Virus record (IMG/VR): IMGVR_UViG_3300042197_000691
Location: 1-56,571 of that record
Origin: a virus
Lineage: Duplodnaviria > Caudoviricetes
Reading direction: 5' to 3' (one strand)
Length of the DNA: 56,571 nt
The notes beneath the pieces are model-generated. The model was not told the DNA's origin and did not search any database. It worked only from the letters and a program-made list of their open reading frames with translations. Position 1 is the stretch's first letter; the number at the start of each line of letters is the position of its first letter. This document shows, piece by piece, positions 50,334-56,505 of this stretch. The translations under genes and the position numbers were made by a program.

Positions 50334-50699
50334 ATGTTAAAAGAATTCTATATTGACTCACAATATCTAGTAGATGTACCTACACATAAGATAATATCTA
50401 CATTAGAAAATCCAGCCGATCCCACACCAGAAGACTTACTTAAAATATTAAGTGACAAAGATGCCTGGCATATGTATAGTCATAAAGATCATGATGAATT
50501 TACTAGTTTACGCAATCAATTAGAAAAATTAGGATACATAAAAACAGAAAGAAATTGGTGGAACGGTGATCATGTATTAAAGAGTTTCAAACTAAATGGT
50601 TGGGTAATACGAAAGCATGGTAAATTTCCATGTGCTGCTGCTTTAGGTATTTCAATAAATTGTGCCAATAAAAGTGGCCGTAAGCGATTGTACTTGTAA
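50334..50699 (+). CDS. hypothetical protein
   Basis: Start moved to the ATG after the tRNA-Ser CCA (MLKEFYIDSQ...). Confidence 0.65.
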   Translation: MLKEFYIDSQYLVDVPTHKIISTLENPADPTPEDLLKILSDKDAWHMYSHKDHDEFTSLRNQLEKLGYIKTERNWWNGDHVLKSFKLNGWVIRKHGKFPCAAALGISINCANKSGRKRLYL

Positions 50700-50790
50700 G
50701 GGAAATCAAATTGTCTGGGACAGTCACTGCCTCGAAAACAGATGGACGCAGCAATCCTGTGTTGAGGTTCGATTCCTCGGTTTCCCGCCA
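50700..50790 (+). tRNA. tRNA-Ser(CGA), atypical D-arm and anticodon stem
   Basis: GGGAAAT/GTTTCCC acceptor; loop CTCGAAA; long variable arm; GGTTCGATTCC; GCCA. Confidence 0.7.
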
Positions 50791-50792
50791 AT

Positions 50793-50871
50793 GCCCAGGT
50801 GATGGAATTTAGGTATACATACTGTGTTGAGAACGCAGGTTGTGCAGGTTCGAATCCTGTCCTGGGCACCA
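50793..50871 (+). tRNA. tRNA-Leu(GAG), short variable loop
   Basis: GCCCAGG/CCTGGGC acceptor; loop TTGAGAA; GGTTCGAATCC; ACCA. Confidence 0.85.
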
Positions 50872-50872
50872 T

Positions 50873-50901
50873 TTGACTAAAATACAGACCAGTGTTATAC
50901 T
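50873..50901 (+). promoter_or_regulatory. sigma70 early promoter
   Basis: TTGACT-N17-TATACT with extended TG. Confidence 0.75.
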
Positions 50902-50937
50902 GTATTTGTTGTAGCGATGTTATAGAGGTTAAACCAA

Positions 50938-51210
50938 ATGCGTACCAAGACGATCATCAAAGGTTTCAAGAATAGCCAAAAGTTCAGATTCATTCTGACT
51001 GCGAATAGTGGTGAAGAAGTTAGCATGTACATGACTATTCAACAATTGTCGGATATGTGTGCTAACCGTGATACTAGGTTGGCAGTGTGGGATGCTCTGG
51101 GCCAATTGGCACGAGACCGTGATGAGGCAAAGTCTTGTGGCAAACCGTTGCCCACTGGCCTGGCCCGTAGTGCTTTTGTTTTCCGTCAGGTTCAGGTTGA
51201 TCTGCGTTAA
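50938..51210 (+). CDS. hypothetical early protein
   Basis: GAGG RBS; own promoter. Confidence 0.7.
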   Translation: MRTKTIIKGFKNSQKFRFILTANSGEEVSMYMTIQQLSDMCANRDTRLAVWDALGQLARDRDEAKSCGKPLPTGLARSAFVFRQVQVDLR

Positions 51211-51213
51211 TTT

Positions 51214-51242
51214 TTGACAATAAATCGGTGTAGTGTTATACT
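51214..51242 (+). promoter_or_regulatory. sigma70 early promoter
   Basis: TTGACA-N17-TATACT; shares AGTGTTATACTGTATTTGTTGTAGCGA with the 50873 promoter. Confidence 0.8.
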
Positions 51243-51269
51243 GTATTTGTTGTAGCGAAGGAGTCAATC

Positions 51270-51530
51270 ATGTCGTATGTTGTTTATCACAAGGCCAGCA
51301 CTCAAATTCTCAAGAGCTTTGATCTGGAATCCTCGGCAAAGCGTAGTGCTACCTGTATGAACCGTAATGCAGGTGATGTTCTGTACACCTATGCTGATCG
51401 TGAAACTTATGAAAAGCGTGTGGTCTATCGCAAGCAGGTTCGCAATCTGATGACTGGCGAAATGGTGGAGATTGATAGCAATACGCCGTGGTGTTGTAAT
51501 CCGGCGTCGGAAACATATTGGTCCATGTGA
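51270..51530 (+). CDS. hypothetical early protein
   Basis: AAGGAG RBS; C-terminal TPWCCNPASETYWSM. Confidence 0.75.
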   Translation: MSYVVYHKASTQILKSFDLESSAKRSATCMNRNAGDVLYTYADRETYEKRVVYRKQVRNLMTGEMVEIDSNTPWCCNPASETYWSM

Positions 51531-51555
51531 CAGAAAATACCAATTCTGTTATACT
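51527..51555 (+). promoter_or_regulatory. sigma70 early promoter
   Basis: GTGACA-N17-TATACT with extended TG. Confidence 0.65.
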
Positions 51556-51581
51556 GTATTCACAACACAAGGAGAAGTGAA

Positions 51582-51788
51582 ATGAACGAACGAATTAAGG
51601 AACTTGCCAATCGTGCTATGGTTGTGAGAGAAGATGGCTGGAGTGAGTTTGATGCTAATGTGTTCGCCGAGTTGATTGTTCGGGAATGTTGCGTAGTTAT
51701 GTTTGCTGATCCAAGGCTCGGAGATGTTAGATCAGCCACCCGTGGTTGTGCAAGATCAATCAAAGAACATTTCGGAGTCGAAGAATGA
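51582..51788 (+). CDS. hypothetical protein (MNERIKELA...FAELIVREC type)
   Basis: AAGGAG RBS; small phage ORF. Confidence 0.75.
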   Translation: MNERIKELANRAMVVREDGWSEFDANVFAELIVRECCVVMFADPRLGDVRSATRGCARSIKEHFGVEE

Positions 51789-52069
51789 AGGGTAATCTTG
51801 TTCATTCATATATTACTGGATTCAAATTCAATACCATCTATGGTGGCCAAAGTGAAGACTATTCTAGGTCAATTACTCAGATCAAATATTTAACTCCCTT
51901 GGCAGCACAAAGATGGCCCTGGATGAAAAACAAGTGGCAGGTCAGTGACCATCGTACTTGTTTTGGATACTACGATACTCTCAGAGAGGCAAAAGCACGG
52001 GCACAGGAATTGTGGCCAGGGTGTGGCTTCAAAACACCTGCGCAGTTCAGGGCTGAGGATAAACTATGA
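51785..52069 (+). CDS. hypothetical protein
   Basis: ATG overlaps the previous stop (ATGA). Confidence 0.6.
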   Translation: MKGNLVHSYITGFKFNTIYGGQSEDYSRSITQIKYLTPLAAQRWPWMKNKWQVSDHRTCFGYYDTLREAKARAQELWPGCGFKTPAQFRAEDKL

Positions 52070-52215
52070 GTTTTAGAACAGCATATTCCAGTTTTAAGAG
52101 TGGTCGTCGGCCATCTAAGCCACAAGGTCCAATTCGTGATCTTACGCCAGAACAATGGCAGAAACAAATGGACAAATACTATGTTCAAGAGATGCGTAAA
52201 AAGAATGGACGATAA
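52066..52215 (+). CDS. hypothetical 49-aa protein
   Basis: GAGGA RBS; ATGA overlap; MSFRTAYSSFKSGRRPSKPQG...; too short for the ORF track. Confidence 0.5.
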   Translation: MSFRTAYSSFKSGRRPSKPQGPIRDLTPEQWQKQMDKYYVQEMRKKNGR

Positions 52216-52220
52216 GGTGT

Positions 52221-52287
52221 TTGACAGTAAATAGAAACAGTGCTATACTGTGTTCATGCGTTGAGAAATCAACAAGTTCTTTAACAA
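52221..52287 (+). promoter_or_regulatory. sigma70 promoter with boxB-like hairpin and boxA
   Basis: TTGACA-N17-TATACT; GTTGA-GAAA-TCAAC hairpin; GTTCTTTAACAA. Confidence 0.75.
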
Positions 52288-52288
52288 T

Positions 52289-52478
52289 CTGTAGTGTGTT
52301 TTAGGCTGATGGCGACAAACGTCAGAAGGTCTGATTCTTGTCCCAACGAACCCTGTTGTCGCAGTGCTAAGTTGGAGTCCTAGTAGGTTAATTGGAAGAC
52401 CAACCGCAGATGTGCGGGAAGTTCGGGTTCAAGTCCCGACCAGTGTTTAACAAGACATCAGCCTAAAACGCATTACAG
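52289..52478 (+). ncRNA. stem-closed RNA cassette containing a pseudo-tRNA
   Basis: 23-bp closing stem CTGTAGTGTGTTTTAGGCTGATG / CATCAGCCTAAAACGCATTACAG with two G-U pairs; D-arm and T-arm inside. Confidence 0.6.
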
Positions 52479-52485
52479 ATAACAG

Positions 52486-52558
52486 TTGACAATAATTCAG
52501 AGGTAGCATATAATAGTGCATACGCTGAACGAACAGTCAGCAACAGTTCTTTATACAA
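52486..52558 (+). promoter_or_regulatory. consensus sigma70 promoter with hairpin and boxA-like element
   Basis: TTGACA-N17-TATAAT; GCTGA...TCAGC; GTTCTTTATACAA. Confidence 0.78.
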
Positions 52559-52626
52559 TTCGCAAGGTTTTTTGGTATCATGTCAACTAGACACTGGGTT
52601 TTCACTAGTGTTGTTGATGTGGCGTG

Positions 52627-52754
52627 ATATCATATTTGAGCGCATTTCTCGGGGCAACCTTCCCCCTAAACAGTCTTGACGGTAAGGCAGATCACAAACA
52701 TCAATGATGTTTTGATGCCAAGGCTGAGCGACGAAGTGTTCTCAAATATGGTAT
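52627..52754 (+). ncRNA. conserved-stem RNA cassette 1
   Basis: TCATA-TTTGAG-CGCATT ... AGTGTT-CTCAAA-TATGG. Confidence 0.6.
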
Positions 52755-52757
52755 AAC

Positions 52758-52843
52758 GGAGTGTTGGCAGAGCGGTCGAATGCGGGGGACTGTAAATCCC
52801 TTTCCCTAGTGACACGGTGGTTCAAATCCATCACACTCCACCA
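52758..52843 (+). tRNA. tRNA-Tyr(GTA)
   Basis: GGAGTGT/ACACTCC acceptor; loop CTGTAAA; long variable arm; ACCA. Confidence 0.9.
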
Positions 52844-52850
52844 AATATTT

Positions 52851-52952
52851 GGGTCGTAAATGGTGAGTATTTGGGTTCGATTCCCAACTCGGTATGGTAC
52901 TTGAAACTAGGCGACGGCTAACTCGAAGGTTCGATTCCTTCACGATCCACCA
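52851..52952 (+). ncRNA. tRNA-like RNA with two T-arms (Ser(TGA)-like pseudo-tRNA)
   Basis: GGGTCGT/ACGATCC-ACCA acceptor; TTGGG-TTCGATT-CCCAA where the D-arm should be; GAAGG-TTCGATT-CCTTC T-arm. Confidence 0.55.
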
Positions 52953-52958
52953 AAATAT

Positions 52959-53034
52959 AGACTTTAGAGTGATTGGAAATCCTATCTCCATCACACGGAG
53001 ATGTTGCGAGGTTTGAGTCCTCGATAGTCTACCA
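52959..53034 (+). tRNA. tRNA-Val(CAC), atypical
   Basis: TCTCC-ATCACAC-GGAGA anticodon arm; T-loop TTTGAGT; one acceptor mismatch; ACCA. Confidence 0.65.
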
Positions 53035-53045
53035 AGAATACTCTC

Positions 53046-53295
53046 GTACTCAATTCCCAGTCTGACGCATAGGTATAATTAATGACTGGGGTGAGGGTGC
53101 CGCACTTCAAGACCTGACAGGGGGACAAGGCACATAAACTGTCAAATCCTAGTAGACCGCTAGCGTTAACAAATGGTCAGGTTTGACCGGAACCTATAAA
53201 CGGTCAGTAGGTATGATCCACGGTTTAGTGGGGACCGAGGGTGTTGGTCTTTAAGTGCCAACAGGTCGTATCCGAGGAGGGGGTATACGACACCA
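53046..53295 (+). ncRNA. unknown ~250-nt structured RNA with putative pseudoknots
   Basis: Several hairpins; H-type pseudoknot at 53184-53212; ends in ACCA at the next cassette arm. Confidence 0.45.
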
Positions 53296-53373
53296 TAGTC
53301 AAGCACATTAAAACAAACCTGATCAGTTTGTCGTACATACTAAGATAAATGTATAGTGTGCTTGACTATGGTG
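53291..53373 (+). ncRNA. conserved-stem RNA cassette 2
   Basis: CACCATAGTCAAGCACATTA / TAGTGTGCTTGACTATGGTG. Confidence 0.7.
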
Positions 53374-53483
53374 AAGGTGTAATGAGAGAAGCACGGGATC
53401 GCCACATAAGTCTATGTCGTAAGACAACACTAGAAATAGTGCAATAGCGGTGGAACAAGGTTCAGGAGTGGTAAAAGCCCACA

Positions 53484-53610
53484 CACCATAGTCAAACACA
53501 TAATTCTGGTTCGACTCCAGACTCAAAATTCGATAAAGGATTTTGATGAAGGGATCGCCGTTGCATATGCGGGGGTTGGTTCAAGGCATTTTGTGTGTTT
53601 GACTATGGTG
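53484..53610 (+). ncRNA. conserved-stem RNA cassette 3 (contains a T-arm)
   Basis: CACCATAGTCAAACACATAA / TTGTGTGTTTGACTATGGTG; TCTGG-TTCGACT-CCAGA inside. Confidence 0.7.
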
Positions 53611-53656
53611 ATGAGAGTAATTAACTCAACATCAGAATCGGAAGTAATTACTCCGA

Positions 53657-53751
53657 TGACCCGTAGTGATGAAATGGTAGACATAGGCCCGTAGTGGGGC
53701 CGGTGGAAGTAGAAGCCACGTGCAGGTTCGAGTCCTGCCTACAATGGGTCA
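53657..53751 (+). ncRNA. Leu-type pseudo-tRNA
   Basis: Leu-like D-arm GATGAAATGGTAGACAT, long variable arm and canonical T-arm, but a 6-nt anticodon loop, bulged acceptor and no CCA. Confidence 0.55.
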
Positions 53752-53830
53752 CATAGTCAAACACATTACTGCCCTGTCTACTACGGGGCGGAGGGCTGTC
53801 GATTACGGTCCGTTAGTGTGCTTGACTATG
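53752..53830 (+). ncRNA. conserved-stem RNA cassette 4
   Basis: CATAGTCAAACACATTA / TAGTGTGCTTGACTATG; two GC-rich hairpins inside. Confidence 0.7.
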
Positions 53831-53950
53831 GTAATGAGCGATTAAGCAAGAACGTAGAGTATTGAGTACGGAAGGCATTTCGTATCAAGAGATAATTCAA
53901 TAGGTGTGCAAAGCTGATTTGAATCACGGAGTAGGGCTCCTCCTGCTCAT

Positions 53951-54023
53951 TACCATATTCAAGCACATTGCTACTGTACAAACAGTTTTCTAGATACGCT
54001 GGGCAGTGTGTTTGAATATGGTA
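53951..54023 (+). ncRNA. conserved-stem RNA cassette 5
   Basis: TACCATATTCAAGCACATTGC / GCAGTGTGTTTGAATATGGTA. Confidence 0.7.
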
Positions 54024-54140
54024 AGGTTCGAAACTTATCATTAAATGGAAGAAGGGTAACGGGTCCTAAAACCTTTCAAGGCACAAACGTTGGGGGAATC
54101 ATACCTCCTATGCTGAACCTGACAGTCTGGAAAGACAGAC

Positions 54141-54222
54141 ATCATATAAAACCACATTTGTCACACCCACTTGGTGTTAATGTGACCGCCTAACTGCGGG
54201 AGCGAGTGTGGTTTTATATGGT
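54141..54222 (+). ncRNA. conserved-stem RNA cassette 6
   Basis: ATCATATAAAACCACATTTG / CGAGTGTGGTTTTATATGGT. Confidence 0.7.
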
Positions 54223-54290
54223 ACGACGGGGGTGGTGAGTAGGTGTTGTCGTAAACACTGGGCACCGGGATTCCCCTCCCAGCAACACTG

Positions 54291-54452
54291 GGACCATATT
54301 CAAACACATTAGCCTACCCAAAGGCTTGTAGACAGTGGTTGGAAGGATCTACACTAGTGTTATCGCAAGCGGCAGGAACTATCCGAGTGGTGTCGGACCC
54401 TGCGGGGATTTCGAAATCCTCAGATGAACCGTAGTGTGTTTGAATATGGTCC
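54291..54452 (+). ncRNA. conserved-stem RNA cassette 7
   Basis: GGACCATATTCAAACACATTA / TAGTGTGTTTGAATATGGTCC; 120-nt multi-hairpin interior. Confidence 0.7.
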
Positions 54453-54536
54453 ATAATTTAGCACATACAGTTGCGCCCGATAGTAAGGGAGATAGCTACT
54501 AGAGTTGAAGCACTGTTTAAGTGTGCTAAATTATGG
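54451..54536 (+). ncRNA. conserved-stem RNA cassette 8
   Basis: CCATAATTTAGCACAT / GTGTGCTAAATTATGG; abuts cassette 7. Confidence 0.7.
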
Positions 54537-54684
54537 TTCTGAGTCAAAGTGCGAAGCCTAAGCAGCCCAACGATCAGGGTATACAGCATCCTACTACATC
54601 ATGGCTGATGGATCAAGGTAGGATAGCAGCAATATGACTGCTATTAAACAGATGATCGTAACCAACAAAATTTGTGAAAGACAC

Positions 54685-54752
54685 TTGACAATAATTCAGC
54701 GTTAGCATATAATAGTGCATACGCTGAAAAAAACAGCAAAGTTCTTTAACAA
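54685..54752 (+). promoter_or_regulatory. consensus sigma70 promoter with hairpin and boxA (near-copy of 52486)
   Basis: TTGACA-N17-TATAAT, then AGTGCATACGCTGAA; GCTG...CAGC; GTTCTTTAACAA. Confidence 0.8.
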
Positions 54753-54770
54753 GTTAGAAAAGATTTTTTT

Positions 54771-54846
54771 GCCCCGTTCGTCTAGCGGTAAGGACGCTGC
54801 CCTTTCAAGGCGGAGGTCACCGGTTCGAATCCGGTACGGGGTACCA
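54771..54846 (+). tRNA. tRNA-Glu(TTC)
   Basis: Canonical cloverleaf; loop CTTTCAA; ACCA. Confidence 0.92.
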
Positions 54847-54945
54847 TATCAAAACATATTGACGCTAGGCCGAAAGCAGTAAAGGACAAGTAACTGACTG
54901 GTTAAAACGGTTGACCTAGAATAGTTAGTATGTTTTGATATGGTA
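54842..54945 (+). ncRNA. conserved-stem RNA cassette 9, overlapping the tRNA-Glu CCA
   Basis: TACCATATCAAAACATATTGAC / GTTAGTATGTTTTGATATGGTA. Confidence 0.7.
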
Positions 54946-54960
54946 ATAAATGTTCATAGA

Positions 54961-55034
54961 GCCTCGTTCGTCTAATGGTAGGGCCGCGTCTTTACACGGC
55001 GCAGACGGCAGTTCGATTCTGTCACGAGGTACCA
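54961..55034 (+). tRNA. tRNA-Val(TAC)
   Basis: GCGTC-TTTACAC-GGCGC anticodon arm; ACCA. Confidence 0.85.
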
Positions 55035-55045
55035 TAAAGAATAAT

Positions 55046-55123
55046 CTGGGTGTATTGTCAGCCAAGTAGACGGCCTGCCTTGGAAGCAGGAGGACGCAGG
55101 GGCGGAGCCTGCCACCCAGACCA
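55046..55123 (+). tRNA. tRNA-Pro(TGG) with non-canonical T-loop
   Basis: CCTGC-CTTGGAA-GCAGG; T-loop GGCGGAG; ACCA. Confidence 0.75.
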
Positions 55124-55135
55124 TTGTGAAGATTA

Positions 55136-55210
55136 CTGGGTATATTGTCAACCAGGTAGACGGCCGGGCTTGGAACTCGGAGGCTGTAGGTTCGAATCCT
55201 ACTATCCAGA
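55136..55210 (+). tRNA. tRNA-Pro(TGG), second copy, no encoded CCA
   Basis: CCGGG-CTTGGAA-CTCGG; GGTTCGAATCC. Confidence 0.8.
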
Positions 55211-55252
55211 CACAAAGTAGATTTTGTATAAATACATGTAAGGAGAAATATT

Positions 55253-55918
55253 ATGTTCTATTACTTGTATGAAATCAGAAATAATTTGAATAACAAAATC
55301 TACGTAGGAGTTCATAAAACAAATAATATGGATGATGGTTATATGGGCTCTGGAAAAATAATCCAGAATGCTATTAGAAAGCACGGAATTGAGAACTTTT
55401 CTAAAGTTATACTTGAGACTTTCGAAAATTCAAAAGATATGTACGAAAGAGAATCTCAAATAGTAAATGATCAATTCTTATTAAGAGAAGATGTATATAA
55501 TCTTAGAAGAGGAGGTCATGGAGGATTTGAGTATATAAATAAAAACGGTATTAGTGTATTAATTTCTGAACAAAGAGAAAGAAATCCATCATTGATACAA
55601 AAAGCATCTATATTGGGAAATGAAGTAAAGAAAAATAAAGCTAAAAATGATCCAGTATATGCTGATTATTTGACTTCTATACGTAAAAAAGCAACACAAA
55701 AGTCAAAAGAAAATAATCCAAATGGAACATTTTATGGCAAAAAACATACAGCAGAATATAAAAAGTTTATGTCGCTGATCATGGCTGAAAAGCAATCAGG
55801 CTTAAGAAATTCACAATTTGGCACAATGTGGATAACTGATGGCACTGAAAGTAAGAAAATCAGTAAAACTGATGCCATTCCCGATGGATGGAAAAAAGGT
55901 AGAATAATGAAAAAGTAG
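55253..55918 (+). CDS. GIY-YIG homing endonuclease (Seg-like) inside the tRNA cluster
   Basis: YLYEIRNNLNNKIYVGVH...YMGSG; FYGKKH; WITDG...GWKKGR. TATAAATA and AAGGAG upstream. Confidence 0.88.
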   Translation: MFYYLYEIRNNLNNKIYVGVHKTNNMDDGYMGSGKIIQNAIRKHGIENFSKVILETFENSKDMYERESQIVNDQFLLREDVYNLRRGGHGGFEYINKNGISVLISEQRERNPSLIQKASILGNEVKKNKAKNDPVYADYLTSIRKKATQKSKENNPNGTFYGKKHTAEYKKFMSLIMAEKQSGLRNSQFGTMWITDGTESKKISKTDAIPDGWKKGRIMKK

Positions 55919-55947
55919 TTGACAGAAAAAGAAAAAATAGATACAAT
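55919..55947 (+). promoter_or_regulatory. sigma70 promoter for downstream tRNAs
   Basis: TTGACA-N17-TACAAT. Confidence 0.7.
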
Positions 55948-55957
55948 AGAAAACATT

Positions 55958-56032
55958 CGGTTCATGATGAAATGGTTATCATAGTTGACTTTTAATCAAT
56001 CTTTCCCGGTTCGAGTCCGGGTGAACCGACCA
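55958..56032 (+). tRNA. tRNA-Lys(TTT)
   Basis: CGGTTCA/TGAACCG acceptor; loop CTTTTAA; ACCA. Confidence 0.88.
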
Positions 56033-56040
56033 AAATTATT

Positions 56041-56117
<77 letters not shown>

Positions 56118-56126
56118 AAATGTTAA

Positions 56127-56245
56127 AGGATGCTAACAGCAATAATTTTATGGATAAACCACGTGAACGGTTCGACTCCGTAGTCGTCAAGCAATTGATG
56201 ATTTAGTGTAACGGTAGCACAGAGGTCAAAAATAAATAGCATCCT
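56127..56245 (+). ncRNA. YrlA-like Y RNA / circularly permuted tRNA mimic
   Basis: AGGATGCTA/TAGCATCCT closing stem; order inside is T-arm, acceptor stem capped by GCAA, then D-arm. Confidence 0.65.
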
Positions 56246-56265
56246 GATAAAGATGATACATACAG

Positions 56266-56503
56266 TATCATAAATTGTGTTGTTATGGAAAAACCCAGTG
56301 TTCACCTGGGTAATGCACTCTCACTGTAGGCTCTGGTTGCAAACATCCTACACGAGTTGTTGTCAGTGCATATGGGTCATGCCTGTATGTGCGTAACGAA
56401 AGTGGGTCAAAGTATCGACGGATACTCCATATAAGTTGACACGATAAAAGCAAACGGCAGTCGGGTTAGGGCTGTCCATAACATAACAATACAATTTATG
56501 ATA
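56266..56503 (+). ncRNA. stem-closed ~240-nt structured RNA
   Basis: 22-bp stem TATCATAAATTGTGTTGTTATG / CATAACAATACAATTTATGATA; multi-hairpin interior. Confidence 0.5.
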
Positions 56504-56505
56504 TT

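Noticed and set aside
53046-53295. tmRNA or RNase P RNA
   Set aside because: No Ala-type acceptor with T-arm, no convincing tag ORF, and no RNase P P4 consensus recognised.
54024-54140. Twister, hammerhead or theta ribozyme in spacers or interiors
   Set aside because: Only fragments resemble them (GGTCCTAA, CGAAA); I could not assemble a complete catalytic core by eye. A covariance-model search is needed.
53291-54945. CRISPR array
   Set aside because: Repeats alternate in orientation, co-vary in pairs and have irregular spacing; no cas genes are present in the window.
52627-54945. MITE/IS terminal repeats or integron attC sites
   Set aside because: No target-site duplications, transposase or integrase; no GTTRRRY core or ORF cassettes. 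The strand-specific U-G pair favours RNA. A ssDNA role is not fully excluded.
52806-55215. Short ORFs across the RNA region (52806, 53323, 53826, 54008, 54925)
   Set aside because: They overlap tRNAs or cassettes, lack an RBS and have no recognisable motifs.
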